DNA of 64,000 bases from Octopus sinensis. Taxonomy: Eukaryota. Location of the stretch: contig NW_021835038.1 in assembly GCF_006345805.1 (NCBI RefSeq), positions 5,416 through 69,415 on the forward strand, in the 5' to 3' direction. Shown in pieces: positions 25,383 through 36,327 of the stretch. The position numbers and the translations under genes are program-made. Each line of letters opens with the position of its first letter. Within the stretch, counting starts at the first letter, position 1. The notes below the pieces were generated by a model, which searched no databases, was not told the origin of the DNA, and saw only the letters and a program-made list of their open reading frames with translations.

Positions 25383-26329
25383 CAAAGAGAGAAAGATAGA
25401 TTCTGATTTAAATGTGTGTATATGTGCACATGCATGTATGCAAAATACGAATGTAATTCTTATTCTATGCAGTTGTGGCAGACAATATGCAGTAAGTTAG
25501 AATTTACAGGCTGTCATTAAAAAGAAGGGATTTAAATTGTAATTTCAATATTCCCATCACCGGAATTCAAATTAGATAGACATAGAATAATGGTAGAATT
25601 CACTCGCAAGTTTACAAATAAAATTTTTGGTATATCTATTTATTAAAGAGATACCAGCGTGGAGAAGGCGAATTAAGAAACTGCAAAAATTGCTAAAACT
25701 TGCAATTTCATGTTTCTTCCTCTCTTTATTCATTTTATTTTTTTTATCTATTTATCTATTTATTTTTCTTATCCATATATTTATCTATCTATCTATTTAT
25801 TTATTTATTTTTCGCACAATGATTCTGAAGGTTAAGTTCCAAACAGGAAATGAAGGAAGGTTGTTGGTGTGTTCTCTTGCATTCTGAAGAATTCTGTGTG
25901 AATTTCAGGGGAAAAAAAAAATAGTGCAAACGCCGATATTTTGTAAGGGTAGATGTAAGCAACTTGCTCCGAAATACCCACAGCTTATCAAAGAATACTT
26001 GCTGCCAAATGTATTCTGTAAGAATGGTTAAGAAACCTAAGGCGATGTGTGCAAACGATAGTAAATTCTGTAAGATCACAGTTTAAGCAAAAACCGAGAT
26101 AACCGACAAAAAACATGGCGTCGTTGCAGGAGAACTTTGAAACTATGGAGAACTACGCTTCCTTCTCAATAAAACGAAAAAAATACTAAAAGAGTCTTGT
26201 AACAAACAAAAATTCGAGTACATTGAAAGAAGAATTCTAAGGAACTTCGTATATTTGATTCCATAAATACTTTGTCAATAGAACCGTAAGAGTGTTTCAC
26301 TGTAGGTTGGTTGGCTAGTTGGTTGGTTT

Positions 26330-26358
26330 CTGGTTATTGCTGTTATTGTTGTTGTTGC

Positions 26359-26413
<55 letters not shown>

Positions 26414-26470
26414 GCTGCTGCTGCTGCTGTTGTTGTTGTTGTTGTTGTTGTTGCTGTCGTCATCGTTGTT
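26330..26470. repeat. (GTT)n/(GCT)n microsatellite
   Basis: Direct reading. Confidence 0.95.
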
Positions 26471-26954
26471 GTGTTGTTTAACCCGAGTTCAGCTTCGATA
26501 GAACATACAGAAGATCAAAGACGTTCCAACTGTGACCTCTCGTTTTTATCCTCCCTACTTTTTTTTTCTTGTTTTTTTTTTTCGGTGTTCAATAACGGTA
26601 ATATGAAGGCTGTCTACATTATCAGATGTGTTCTTACTACTTCTTATAAAAACGGTAAGATCCGAATTTTAGGGAATTTCGGCTGCTATATTTAGCTGGT
26701 CAACTGACATCATAGAGGTTCCCTCATTGTCTTGTCTTGACTGGTGCAGAAAATGTTCAGTTTGTAATACTGCAAGTTCGTGGTTCGCGTGATGAGGGTA
26801 GACGTGGGGAGTTTCATAAGAATACAGTGTGTTGGTTTTATTTTGCCCTTGGCCAGCCCTGACCGGGTAGACTTATGATTGAAAACAAATATTCCAATCA
26901 TGACCACCACCACCACATCCACCAGAGTAACTTATATCTACAACTAAGAATAAC

Positions 26955-27553
26955 CTATTTCTTTATTACTATACAAGGTGCTAAACACAGAGGGGACAAG
27001 CAAGGACAGACACAGGTATTAAGTCGATTACATCGACCCCAGTGCGTAACTGGTACTTAATTTATCGACCCCGAAAGGATGAAAGGCAAAGTCGACCTCG
27101 GCGGAATTTGAACTCACAACGTAACGCAGACGAAATACCTATTTCTTTATTACCCACAAGGGGCTAAACATAGAGGGGACAAACAAGGACAGACACAGGT
27201 ATTAAGTCGATTACATCGACCCCAGTGCGTAACTGGTACTTAATTTATCGACCCCGAAAGGATGAAAGGCAAAGTCGACCTCGGCGGAATTTGAACTCAC
27301 AACGTAACGCAGACGAAATACCTATTTCTTTATTACCCACAAGGGGCCAAACACAGAGGGGACAAGCAAGGACAGACACAGGTATTAAGTCAATTACATC
27401 GACCCCAGTGCGTAACTGGTACTTAATTTATCGACCCCGAAAGGATGAAAGGCAAAGTCGACCTCGGCGGAATTTGAACTCAGAACGTAACGGTAGACGA
27501 AATACCGCTAAGCATTTCGTCCGGCGTGCTAACGTTTCTGCCAGCTCGCCGCC
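26955..27553 (-). mobile_element. Head-to-tail trimer of SINE family B (183-bp period)
   Basis: catcgacccc at 27031, 27214 and 27397; two units truncated at the identical gaaatacc|tattt junction; one complete head ending at about 27553. Confidence 0.9.
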
Positions 27554-27979
27554 TAAGAATAACCATTGTCCCTTCATTTATCTAACTTGTAGTCTATTTA
27601 TTCGAGGGAGATTTTGCTGCTATTTCTTCAAGTGAGACAACTAACTGACTGACTTTTTAGAAACGTCTTTGCATTGATTAAAAATATATGAGATATATTA
27701 GTAAAAAATTAATTAATTATTTATTTAATTATCTTTCTTTTAAATGATTTTGAAATATTTTCATTCTCTCTTGCTTTCTTATTTTCTTTCCTTTTTTTTT
27801 TACGTTAATGAAACAAATTCATTATATATATTTTTTTTGGGGGGGGGGTTGAAATTGGAATAATTAATGTTCATGACATTCTAGGAGATTTGAGACAGTA
27901 TACGTTTACCAAAATAATTTTGAAATGCTGTTGGTGTTATTGGGTTTCTTCTCTGTACTTGGCAAAGCCATTACTTAAT

Positions 27980-28862
27980 AACAAAAAAGAGAAGGAAAGG
28001 ATAAAGAAAAGAAAGAAATGAAGAAAGAAAGAAAGGAAGGAAGGCAGGAAGGAAGGCAGGAAGGAAGAAAGAAAGAAAGGAAGGGAGGGAGGGAGGGAGG
28101 GAGGGAGGGAGGAAAGAAGGAAGAAAGGAAGGAAGGAAAGAAGGAAGACAGAAAGAGACAAAGAAACAAAGAAAAAGAAAGAAAGAAAAGAAGGAAAGAA
28201 AAGAAGGAAAGAAAGAAGGCAGGAAGGAAGGAAGGAAGAAAGAAGGAAAGAAAGAAGGAAAGAAAAGAAGGAAAGAAAGAAGGCAGGCAGGAAGGAAGGA
28301 AGAAAGAAAGAAGGAAGGAAGGAAAGAAGGAAGGAAAGAAGGAAAGAAAGAAATGAAGAAGGAAGGAAAGAAGAAAAGAAAGATAGAAGGAAAGAAAGAA
28401 TGAAAGCAATAAAGAAATGAGGAAGGAAAGAAGGAAGGAAAGAAAGAAGGAAGGAAGGAAGGAAGGAAGGAAGGAAGGAAGGAAGGAAGGAAGGAAGGAT
28501 GGAAGGAAGGAAGGAAGAATAAGAAAGATGGAAAGAAAGAAAAAAGAAGGAAAGAAGGAAGGAAAGAAAGAAAGATAGGAAGAAAGACAGAAACAAGGAA
28601 CAAGGGAAGGAAAGAACGAAAGGAAAAAGAAAGAAAGAAAGAAAGAATGACGGAAAGAAAGAAGGAAAGAAAGAGAGAAAGAAAAGAAGAAGGAAAGAAA
28701 AATAGAAAGAAAGGAAAATGGAAAGAAGGAAGGAAAGAAAGAAAGAAAAAAGGAAAACGGAAGGAAGGAAGGATGGAAAGAAAAAGAAATATAGAGAAGG
28801 AAGGAAATAGAAAGAAAGGAAGTAATGAAGGAAAAAGGAAGGAAAAAAGAAGGAAAGAATGT
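27980..28862. repeat. About 880-bp near-pure purine (GAAA/GGAA/GGGA)n tract
   Basis: Direct reading. Confidence 0.95.
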
Positions 28863-29013
28863 AAGAAATGTGATACATAGTATATATTTCCCTGGCGTCC
28901 ATGCTTCTTATATAAGACATATTCTCAAGTTCTTTTTTTCAACCACGAGAATAACTTGAGACTTTTGAAAGGAAGAGATTTATATTACCCAGAACGAATG
29001 GAATAAGGGCTAA

Positions 29014-29014
<1 letters not shown>

Positions 29015-29044
<30 letters not shown>

Positions 29045-29549
29045 ATGTATATATGTATGCATGTATGCATTTATGTATGTAAGCATGTATGTATGCATGC
29101 ATGTATTCATATATGTATGTATATATGTGTGTATGCATTTATGTATGTAAGCATGTATGCATGTATGCATGCATGTATTCATATATGTATGTATGTATGC
29201 ATGTATATATGTATGTATGTATGCATGTATGCATTTATGTATGTAAGCATGTATGTATGCATGTATTCATATATGTATGTATGTATGCATGTATATATGT
29301 ATGTATGCATGTATACATGTATGTATTCATATATGTATTAATGTATGTATTTATGTATGTATGCATGCATGTGTACATGCATTTATGTATGTAAGCACGT
29401 ATGTATGTATGCATGTATGTATGTATGCATGCATGTATGTATGTTATCTTGCATGTATGTACGTGTGTGCATACGTATAAATTCATGTGTGCATACATGT
29501 ATGTATGCAGGTATGTATGTATATATGCGCGCAAGCATGCTTGTATGTA
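29015..29549. repeat. (TG)n then degenerate (TATG)n array, left flank of the Tigger element
   Basis: Direct reading. Confidence 0.95.
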
Positions 29550-29889
29550 CTGTAATCCTTCGACTATCACCGGTGTTACGTTCCAAAACCCCTCGCGATA
29601 GGTGAAAATCCGCGAAGTAGAAACAGTACTGTATATTTTTATTTTTTAGGGTTAGGGTTTGTATATATTTATTTTACTATTTTTATATACTTAAGCTTTT
29701 AGTAAACTCCCTCCCACACTCTTAGGAGTACACGTGTCTTCTTTTCTTTTGCGGGTGAGAAACATAGTGATAGGCGTTGCCTTTTCTTCTGTGTTAGGAG
29801 GTTTTTATAATCTTCCATGGCTCCGTCGATTGCATTTCCGAACTGCAAATCACGAATCATCTGGGGTTTCCATTTTTGCTAGAGTTGAG

Positions 29890-31416
29890 AAGCGTTCTAG
29901 TGATAGGCCGACGTCTTCTTCTTCCCCTGGATTCTCGTTGTTCTTCTTCGTCCTCACTTGCAGACTTCGATATCCCTGTCAGATCTTCATCCGTTAACGG
30001 ATCTGAGTGGGCTGCGATCAAGTTATTAAAGTCCTTGGTAGTCATATTGGTGAAACCATCTCCTCCTAGCAATTTTTCCGGCTTCACTGCCTTATGTATT
30101 GCAGAGTAGTAGATTTCGTCAGAAGAGAAATCCTTTATAGTTGTGGACCGCTTCTGGCCATAATTTCTTCCAACTGCCATTCAAAGTTTCGTTCTTCATC
30201 TCCTTTATGACCTGAATATTTTGGAGACATGTTGCAATGGAGTACCTACCCCAGTACTCCTTCAACGAGAATCTCTCATCTGAGTCCTTAGCCTCGACCA
30301 GGTGTCGCAGGAAGTTTCGCGTATAGAGTGTCTTAAAAGCACAAATAACGTCTTGATCCATGGGCTGGATCAGAGATGTGGTGTTCGGCGGTAAGAATTC
30401 GATTTGTACACCCTCATACCTCAGGTCAAGAGCGTGACCTTCAGCGTTGTCCATTAGGAGAAGCACTTTAAATTCCAGTCCTTTTTCGGCGAGATAAACT
30501 TTGACTTCGAGAATCAAGCACTGGTGAAACTAATCCGATGTCAGTGATTTTATTATCCATGCCTTCTGGTTGTGCATCTATCCAATTCACTGGCAACAGG
30601 TTCTTAGTTTTGGTTTCGCGGGCCCTTGGGTTTCTGGACTTATAGATAAGTTCTGGCTTCATCATAAAGCCCACAGCATTTCCACACAATATAATTATGA
30701 CGCGATCTTTGTACGCCTTAAATTGAGGGACTCTGGCCTCCTCTTTCATAATGGAAGTCTGCGATGGCATCCGTTTCCAAAAGAGACCAGTCTATATCCA
30801 TATTGAAAACTTGTTCACGCGAATCCTCGACGATGGTCTTGAATGTCTCGTTCACGTATTCCTCAGCGGCGGGTTTGTCAGCAGAGGCAGCTTCTCGATG
30901 CATGAACGTACTCTTAATGTTGAACCTCCTTTGGAATTTATCAAACCAGCCCTTGCTGGCATTAATTTCGGTTAGAATGGTGGGAGGTGCCGTAGATGGT
31001 CCTAGTTCACAGTCGTCTGGGTCGTCGTCACCGCCATCCGTAAACTTGCCGTACAGCTGCCTGGCCTTCTCAGAGATGGTGTTAATATCGAGTGCAATGT
31101 TCTTCTTCTTGCAGTCACTGATCCAAAGAGTTAATGCAGACCACATCATTACGATATCCTTATTACGGGAAGTTACCACTCTATTCGCTGGCTTGTCAAA
31201 AGTCACTTTTGCCGTCGCCCTTATATATTTTTCGTCCTTCTTGATGTAGCGAACGTTAGATCCATTGACGTCGTAATGGCATCCTACATTCGCATACCTT
31301 CTCTCTTCCTTAAGCATGTCGAGGAGTTTTACCTTCTCTGCTATAGGAAGCATCTTCCTCTGGCGCTTGAGTTCCCTGCCAGAAGCCTTTGAAAGTGCAG
31401 AACGTTTGGACGACAT
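29890..31416 (-). pseudogene. Frameshifted pogo/Tigger transposase (CENP-B-type HTH plus DDE_1 domain)
   Basis: ORF 30718..31416 (RKMLPIAEKVKLL, ASKGWFDKFQRR, QVFNMD), ORF 30468..30770 (KDRVIIILCGNA) and ORF 30119..30517 (KVLLLMDNAEGH, FLPPNTTSLIQPMDQ) in different frames. Confidence 0.9.
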
Positions 31417-31561
31417 CGTAGAGCTTGAAATATATACACAATTTTATACACAAATGCAAAACAACACCATACACTCGCTTCCCGAGTTTCGTTTTCCTTA
31501 CAGTATATGTGATTCTTTGTTTACTCATCTTCGGTACACTACACATTGTCTTTTAATATAT

Positions 31562-31948
31562 ACTAGCAGTATCGCCCGGCGTTGCTCAGGTTTGTAAGGG
31601 AAATAACTATAAAGCATTTTTAGAGAGTTATAGCCAAAAAATAGCAAAAAAATGGAAAAAAAATTATGGTAAATTTTTTTTGAGAGTTAAAAAAGGTCGA
31701 GTTGCGTCCCCTAGACAGTCTGTGGTTTGTGTTTCTGATTGTCGACCCCATGTCGAATTTATCGATTTTATTCAGAACTGGGGGAACTTTTCAAAATTTT
31801 CGCTGCGTTAGTTTTGTATTATGACATTGGGCTATGTGTGTGTCAAGTTTCATCAGAATCGGTTGAAAGCCGTGGTCAGGGTGAGGGTACAACCAAACAG
31901 ACACACAGAAACACACAGAGACAAACTGCCGTTTATATAGAGAGAGAT
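31562..31948 (+). mobile_element. Helentron/DINE-1-like non-autonomous element nested in the Tigger 5' region
   Basis: Starts actag...cccggcgttgctcagg; internal aagtttcatcagaatcgg; cagacacacaga microsatellite; ends tttatatagagagagat, the typical architecture. Confidence 0.65.
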
Positions 31949-32208
31949 ATTAATTAATGTGGCATACAGTGCAGTACTGAACTGTATTTTTAATTATTAA
32001 TTTATTAAATTTTAGGTATGAAAATGCTTCTTTTACTACAGAAATAACTAAAATCTAAAAAATAATAATAATAAATAAATACCTATCGACCGCAGAAACA
32101 CGCGATGAACTGAGGAGTCCGCGATATAAATTTACATATATGAACCAGAAAAATCCACGATGTACTGAGAGTACGATAGGTGAACCGCGATATGGCGAGT
32201 GGTTGCTG

Positions 32209-32848
32209 TATGTATGTATTATGTATGTATGTATGTATGTATGTATGTATGTATGTATGTATGTATGTATGTACGTATGAATGTATGTATGTATGTATGT
32301 ATGTATGTATGTATGTATGTGTGTATGTATGTGTGTGTGTGTGAGTGTATGTATGTATATATGTATGTATGTATGTATGTGTGTGTGTGTATGCATGCAT
32401 GTATGTATGTATGTATGTATGTATGTATGTATGTATTTATGTATGTATGTATGTATGTATGTATTTATGTATGTATGTATGTATGTATGTATGTATATAC
32501 GTACGTACGTACGTACGTATGTATGTATGTATGTATGTATGTACGTACGTACGTACGTACGTATGTATGTATGTATGTATGTATATATGTATGCATGCAT
32601 GTATGTATGTACGCATGAATGTATGTATGTATGTATGTATGTATGTATGTATGAATGTATGTATGTATGTATGTATGTATGTATGTATGTATGTATGAAT
32701 GTATGTATGTATGTATGTATGTATGTATGTATGTATGAATGTATGTATGTATGTATGTATGTATGTATGTATGTATGTACGTACGTATGTATGTACGTAT
32801 ATATATGTATGTATGCATGCATGTATGTATGTATGTATGTATGTATGT
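32209..32848. repeat. (TATG)n array, right flank of the Tigger element
   Basis: Direct reading. Confidence 0.95.
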
Positions 32849-33163
32849 AATCCTCCAACTACACCAAATTAAGATCCAATTACAAGAATTCTGGAAAACA
32901 AGCATGGATGTTTTGGACAAACTTATGAACATGCTTTGGACAGGTGAAAGGTTAAATTGTAAGCAAAAACCGTGTCACAGTCTTCACTTACCGTTTTCCC
33001 TCTGTTTTTTTCTTCTTTTTATCTAATTCTTGTTTGACATAGTTCGTTACGAAAGGCTTTCAAATATTTAATTAATTAAATATCAAATATTTTAAATACC
33101 TGTTAAATTAGATAATATTAGTTTCTAGCACACATACAATGTCTGGTGGCGGAAATGTGTGAA

Positions 33164-33200
<37 letters not shown>

Positions 33201-33457
33201 GTGCGGGGAGAGGGGTGGGGGTTTCGAAAGATCGTCAGCCGTCGTCACTCGCGAGCGAGTATGGCTTCGTAGCGTGTACCATATTTTCACTAATTGTTTT
33301 AGGCGCTTATGTAGTCGCAAGCAGGCATAGACTCCCACTCTCCACCGTCCTCCACCTCCACCTCACTCCGCATTACTTTTGACCCTGCATCGTATCCAGG
33401 ATGTGGCAACTAGAAAGAGAAAGACAGAGAGAGAGAGGGGTGTGGAGAGATAGAGAG

Positions 33458-33488
<31 letters not shown>

Positions 33489-33734
33489 GTGTACTGATAC
33501 TCAGCTACTACTCATTTACAACTGCGTAGACGGATGCAACACAAAATTATCTGTTTTTATTCGAAGACAGGAATTGAACCCATGGCTTTATGATCGTGTC
33601 CCGAATAGCGTAACGACTAGGTCAGTGTCTCTCAACCACTGGACTTCCTACCTATGAAATCTTTTGGTGCCTATTTTACTCTGCTGGACCCTCCTAAACA
33701 TTCGATGTTGGAAAAATCCTATTATGTTTTTATT

Positions 33735-34352
33735 ATCTTTTCTACCCTAGACACAAGACCCAAAATTTTGGGGGAGGGGACCGGTCGATTAGATCAACCC
33801 CAGTACGCAACTGGTACTTAATTTATCGATCTCAAAAGGATGAAAGGCAAAGTCGACCTCAGTGGAATTTAAACTCAGAACGTAGAGACAGATGAAATAC
33901 CTATTACTTTACTACCCACAAGGGGCTAAACACAGAGGGAACAAACAAGTACAGACAAATGGATGAAGTCGATTATATCGACCCAGTGCGTAACTGGTAC
34001 TTAATTTATCGATCTCGAAAGGATGAAAGGCAAAGTCGATCTCGGCGGAATTTGAACGCAGAACGTAAAGACAGACGAAATACCGCTAAGCATTTCGCCC
34101 GGCGTGCTAACGCTTCTACCAGCTCACCGCCTTTAATAATCTTTTCTACTATAAGCAGAAAGCCCGAAATTTTAGGGGAGGAGGCCAGTTGATTAAATCA
34201 ACCCCAGTTCGCAACTGGTACTTAATTTATCGACCCCGAAAGTATTAAGGCAAAGTCGACCTCGACGGAATTTGAACTCAGAACGTAAAGACAGACGAAA
34301 TACCGCTAAGCATTTCGCCTGGCGTTCTAACGTTTCTGCCAGCTCACCGCCT
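33735..34352 (-). mobile_element. Cluster of three SINE family B copies (two tail variants)
   Basis: Three occurrences of ctggtacttaatttatcga; B1 tail (cccacaaggggctaaacac) and B2 tail (cccaaaattttgggggaggg); gaaatacc|tatt junction at 33894-33905. Confidence 0.85.
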
Positions 34353-34367
34353 TTTTGTTATGCTTTT

Positions 34368-34522
34368 ATAATGAAATATTAGGAATTGTATTAAAAGAAG
34401 TATTAAAATATTTTTGTGTATTGTAGAAATATAACCAACTTATTGCAGATTAAGTTTAATAACAAGATCTTGGAACTCCAATGAACCCTAAGGACTATAT
34501 GGATCCCGGTTGAGCACCACTG
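34368..34522 (-). mobile_element. hAT (Charlie-like) MITE fragment
   Basis: Ends ggttgagcaccactg (CAGTGGTGCTCAACC on the minus strand); interior matches the 43666 and 43943 copies. Confidence 0.6.
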
Positions 34523-35284
34523 GAGTAAACTTTTCACCTTCATGGGCCAGAGTGAAGATGGAAGTGGTGGGGGTGATTTTATAATTAATTACGTCGACTT
34601 CGTTTTCGTGTCTGGTTTACAAGATTCTTTATGCGAATTCGTGTGTTGAAGCAAAAGCAACGAAAATTTTGCAAAAGAAAAAAAAATATGAATAATAAAT
34701 GAGCGAAAATTGAACCAGTGCGTGTGTTAGATAATAAGGCATTAAGACAATATGGCTCTCTCCAGACACAACAAAATATGTCGACTTCCCCAGTTCTTAA
34801 ATATTATTTATTGCGTCAACTCAGTGTATATTAGATAACATTACAAATTTATCATCTTCTTTATTGTTTATTTTTATTATGAGAAAGGATGATTTATTTG
34901 AAAAATATTCTCAACGACAGGCGTTTCTTATTAAAACATAGTGATGCATCATCATATCTCAGGGGAAATGTCAAAACGACTTAAGATCTTGTCAAACAAC
35001 AGACACATAAATAAGTAGGGTGGAATATTCTCTACCCGTAAGTATCAACGCTTCTCACGAAATATTTTACTTTGAATGAATTTAAATGGATTTCCTGCTG
35101 ATAGTTAAACATGTATGTCTGTAGAACCTTAAAAAGAAGAAAAATACACGGAAACTTATATTTCGTCAAATTTAAAAAGAAAATAATGATAAGCTAAATA
35201 GTTTCTTTATTTCTTCAAAAGATATACTTGAAACTTCTAAAAGCCATCAGTTTATACTCAAAATAATAATAATAATAATAATCT

Positions 35285-35702
35285 TTTCTACTAAAGATAC
35301 AGAGCCCATAATTTGGTTGGGTCAGAGCTAGTCGATTACATCTACCACAGTGTTTCACTGGTACTTAATTTATCGATCCCGAAATTTGAACCCAGAACCT
35401 GAAGACAAACGAAATGCCGCAAATCATTTCTCCCGGCGTGTTAACGATTCTACCAGCTCGCCGCCTAATAAAAATAATAACAATCCTTTCTACAATAGGC
35501 AAAGGGCCTGAAATTTAGGGGCGGGGGGGGGGGCTAGTCGATTACATCGACTCTAGCATGCAACTGGTACTTATTTTCATAACCCTAAAACGATGGAAGG
35601 CAAAGTCGACCTCTGTGGAATTTGAACACAAACGTGAAGATGGACAAAATGCAGCTAAGCATTACACCTGGCTCGCTAAACGATTTTGACAGTTCACCAC
35701 CT
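35285..35702 (-). mobile_element. Two adjacent diverged SINE family B copies (B2 tail)
   Basis: ctagtcgattacatc...ctggtactta twice, each preceded by (aat)n-ctttt-ctac tails. Confidence 0.8.
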
Positions 35703-36222
35703 AAGTACCAGACAGTGGCTCTCATGGTTTCTGATCTTAAATGATTGGAAGTGTTATCATGTACATTTTGTCTTGGTTTTAAAAAAGAAGGGCTACAGCA
35801 ATATTCTGCTCAATACCACAGATTTGCTTGTCAGTTGTTTGACCTTAACCAGTTGAGCATGTCCCTTAGTGGCTGACGATATGTGCATCTCTGATCACGA
35901 GCAGAAGTAGTGGGGGAGCATCATAGCAATGTGTTGAGAGGGATTCTTTGGGGTTTGAATAGTTCACCTCTGGAAACATGGGTGGTTCGTTCGACATCCT
36001 TAAACCTTTTGAGCGGGATGAGCTACTCGACCAGAAGGAAACTTTAACTGGGCCTCATCTGCGCTGTTTATGTTGATATAAGATCATCCATGTCGTGCAC
36101 ATATGGTTGTGATGCATGTGCCTGGTGTACCCTTAACAGACGGGTAGTCATGATGCGTATATTGGGCTTCGTATATTTGTACTCCCAGTGTCACTTTGAT
36201 GGCATGCACTGCTCTCTCACTC
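35703..36222 (+). mobile_element. About 520-560-bp non-coding interspersed element ending in (AAT)n (second copy at 50781-51336)
   Basis: Aligns by eye over its length with the reverse complement of 50781-51336; ends ctctctcactc(AAT)n. Confidence 0.8.
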
Positions 36223-36305
<83 letters not shown>

Positions 36306-36327
36306 CAACAATAATAATAATAATAAT

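Larger units (their letters stand above)
29550..32208 (-). mobile_element. Full-length pogo/Tigger (TIGD1-like) DNA transposon with imperfect TIRs and TA flanks
   Basis: Left end TA|CTGTAATCCTTCGACTATC; right end CCGCGATATGGCGAGTGGTTGCTG|TA; subterminal cgataggtgaa motif at both ends; transposase pseudogene inside. Confidence 0.88.

Noticed and set aside
26955-27553. Regularly spaced repeats suggestive of a CRISPR array
   Set aside because: Units are whole 183-bp SINE copies without unique spacers; eukaryotic context and no cas genes.
27593-27637. Mini-exon (ag...gtgaga)
   Set aside because: Branch-like ctaac is too close to the AG, and similar sequence recurs at about 24935-24970, indicating a repeat fragment.
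35873-35910. CTGACGA/CTGATGA cores at 35873, 18652 and 46016
   Set aside because: No properly placed stem II plus GAAA and NUH; chance matches.
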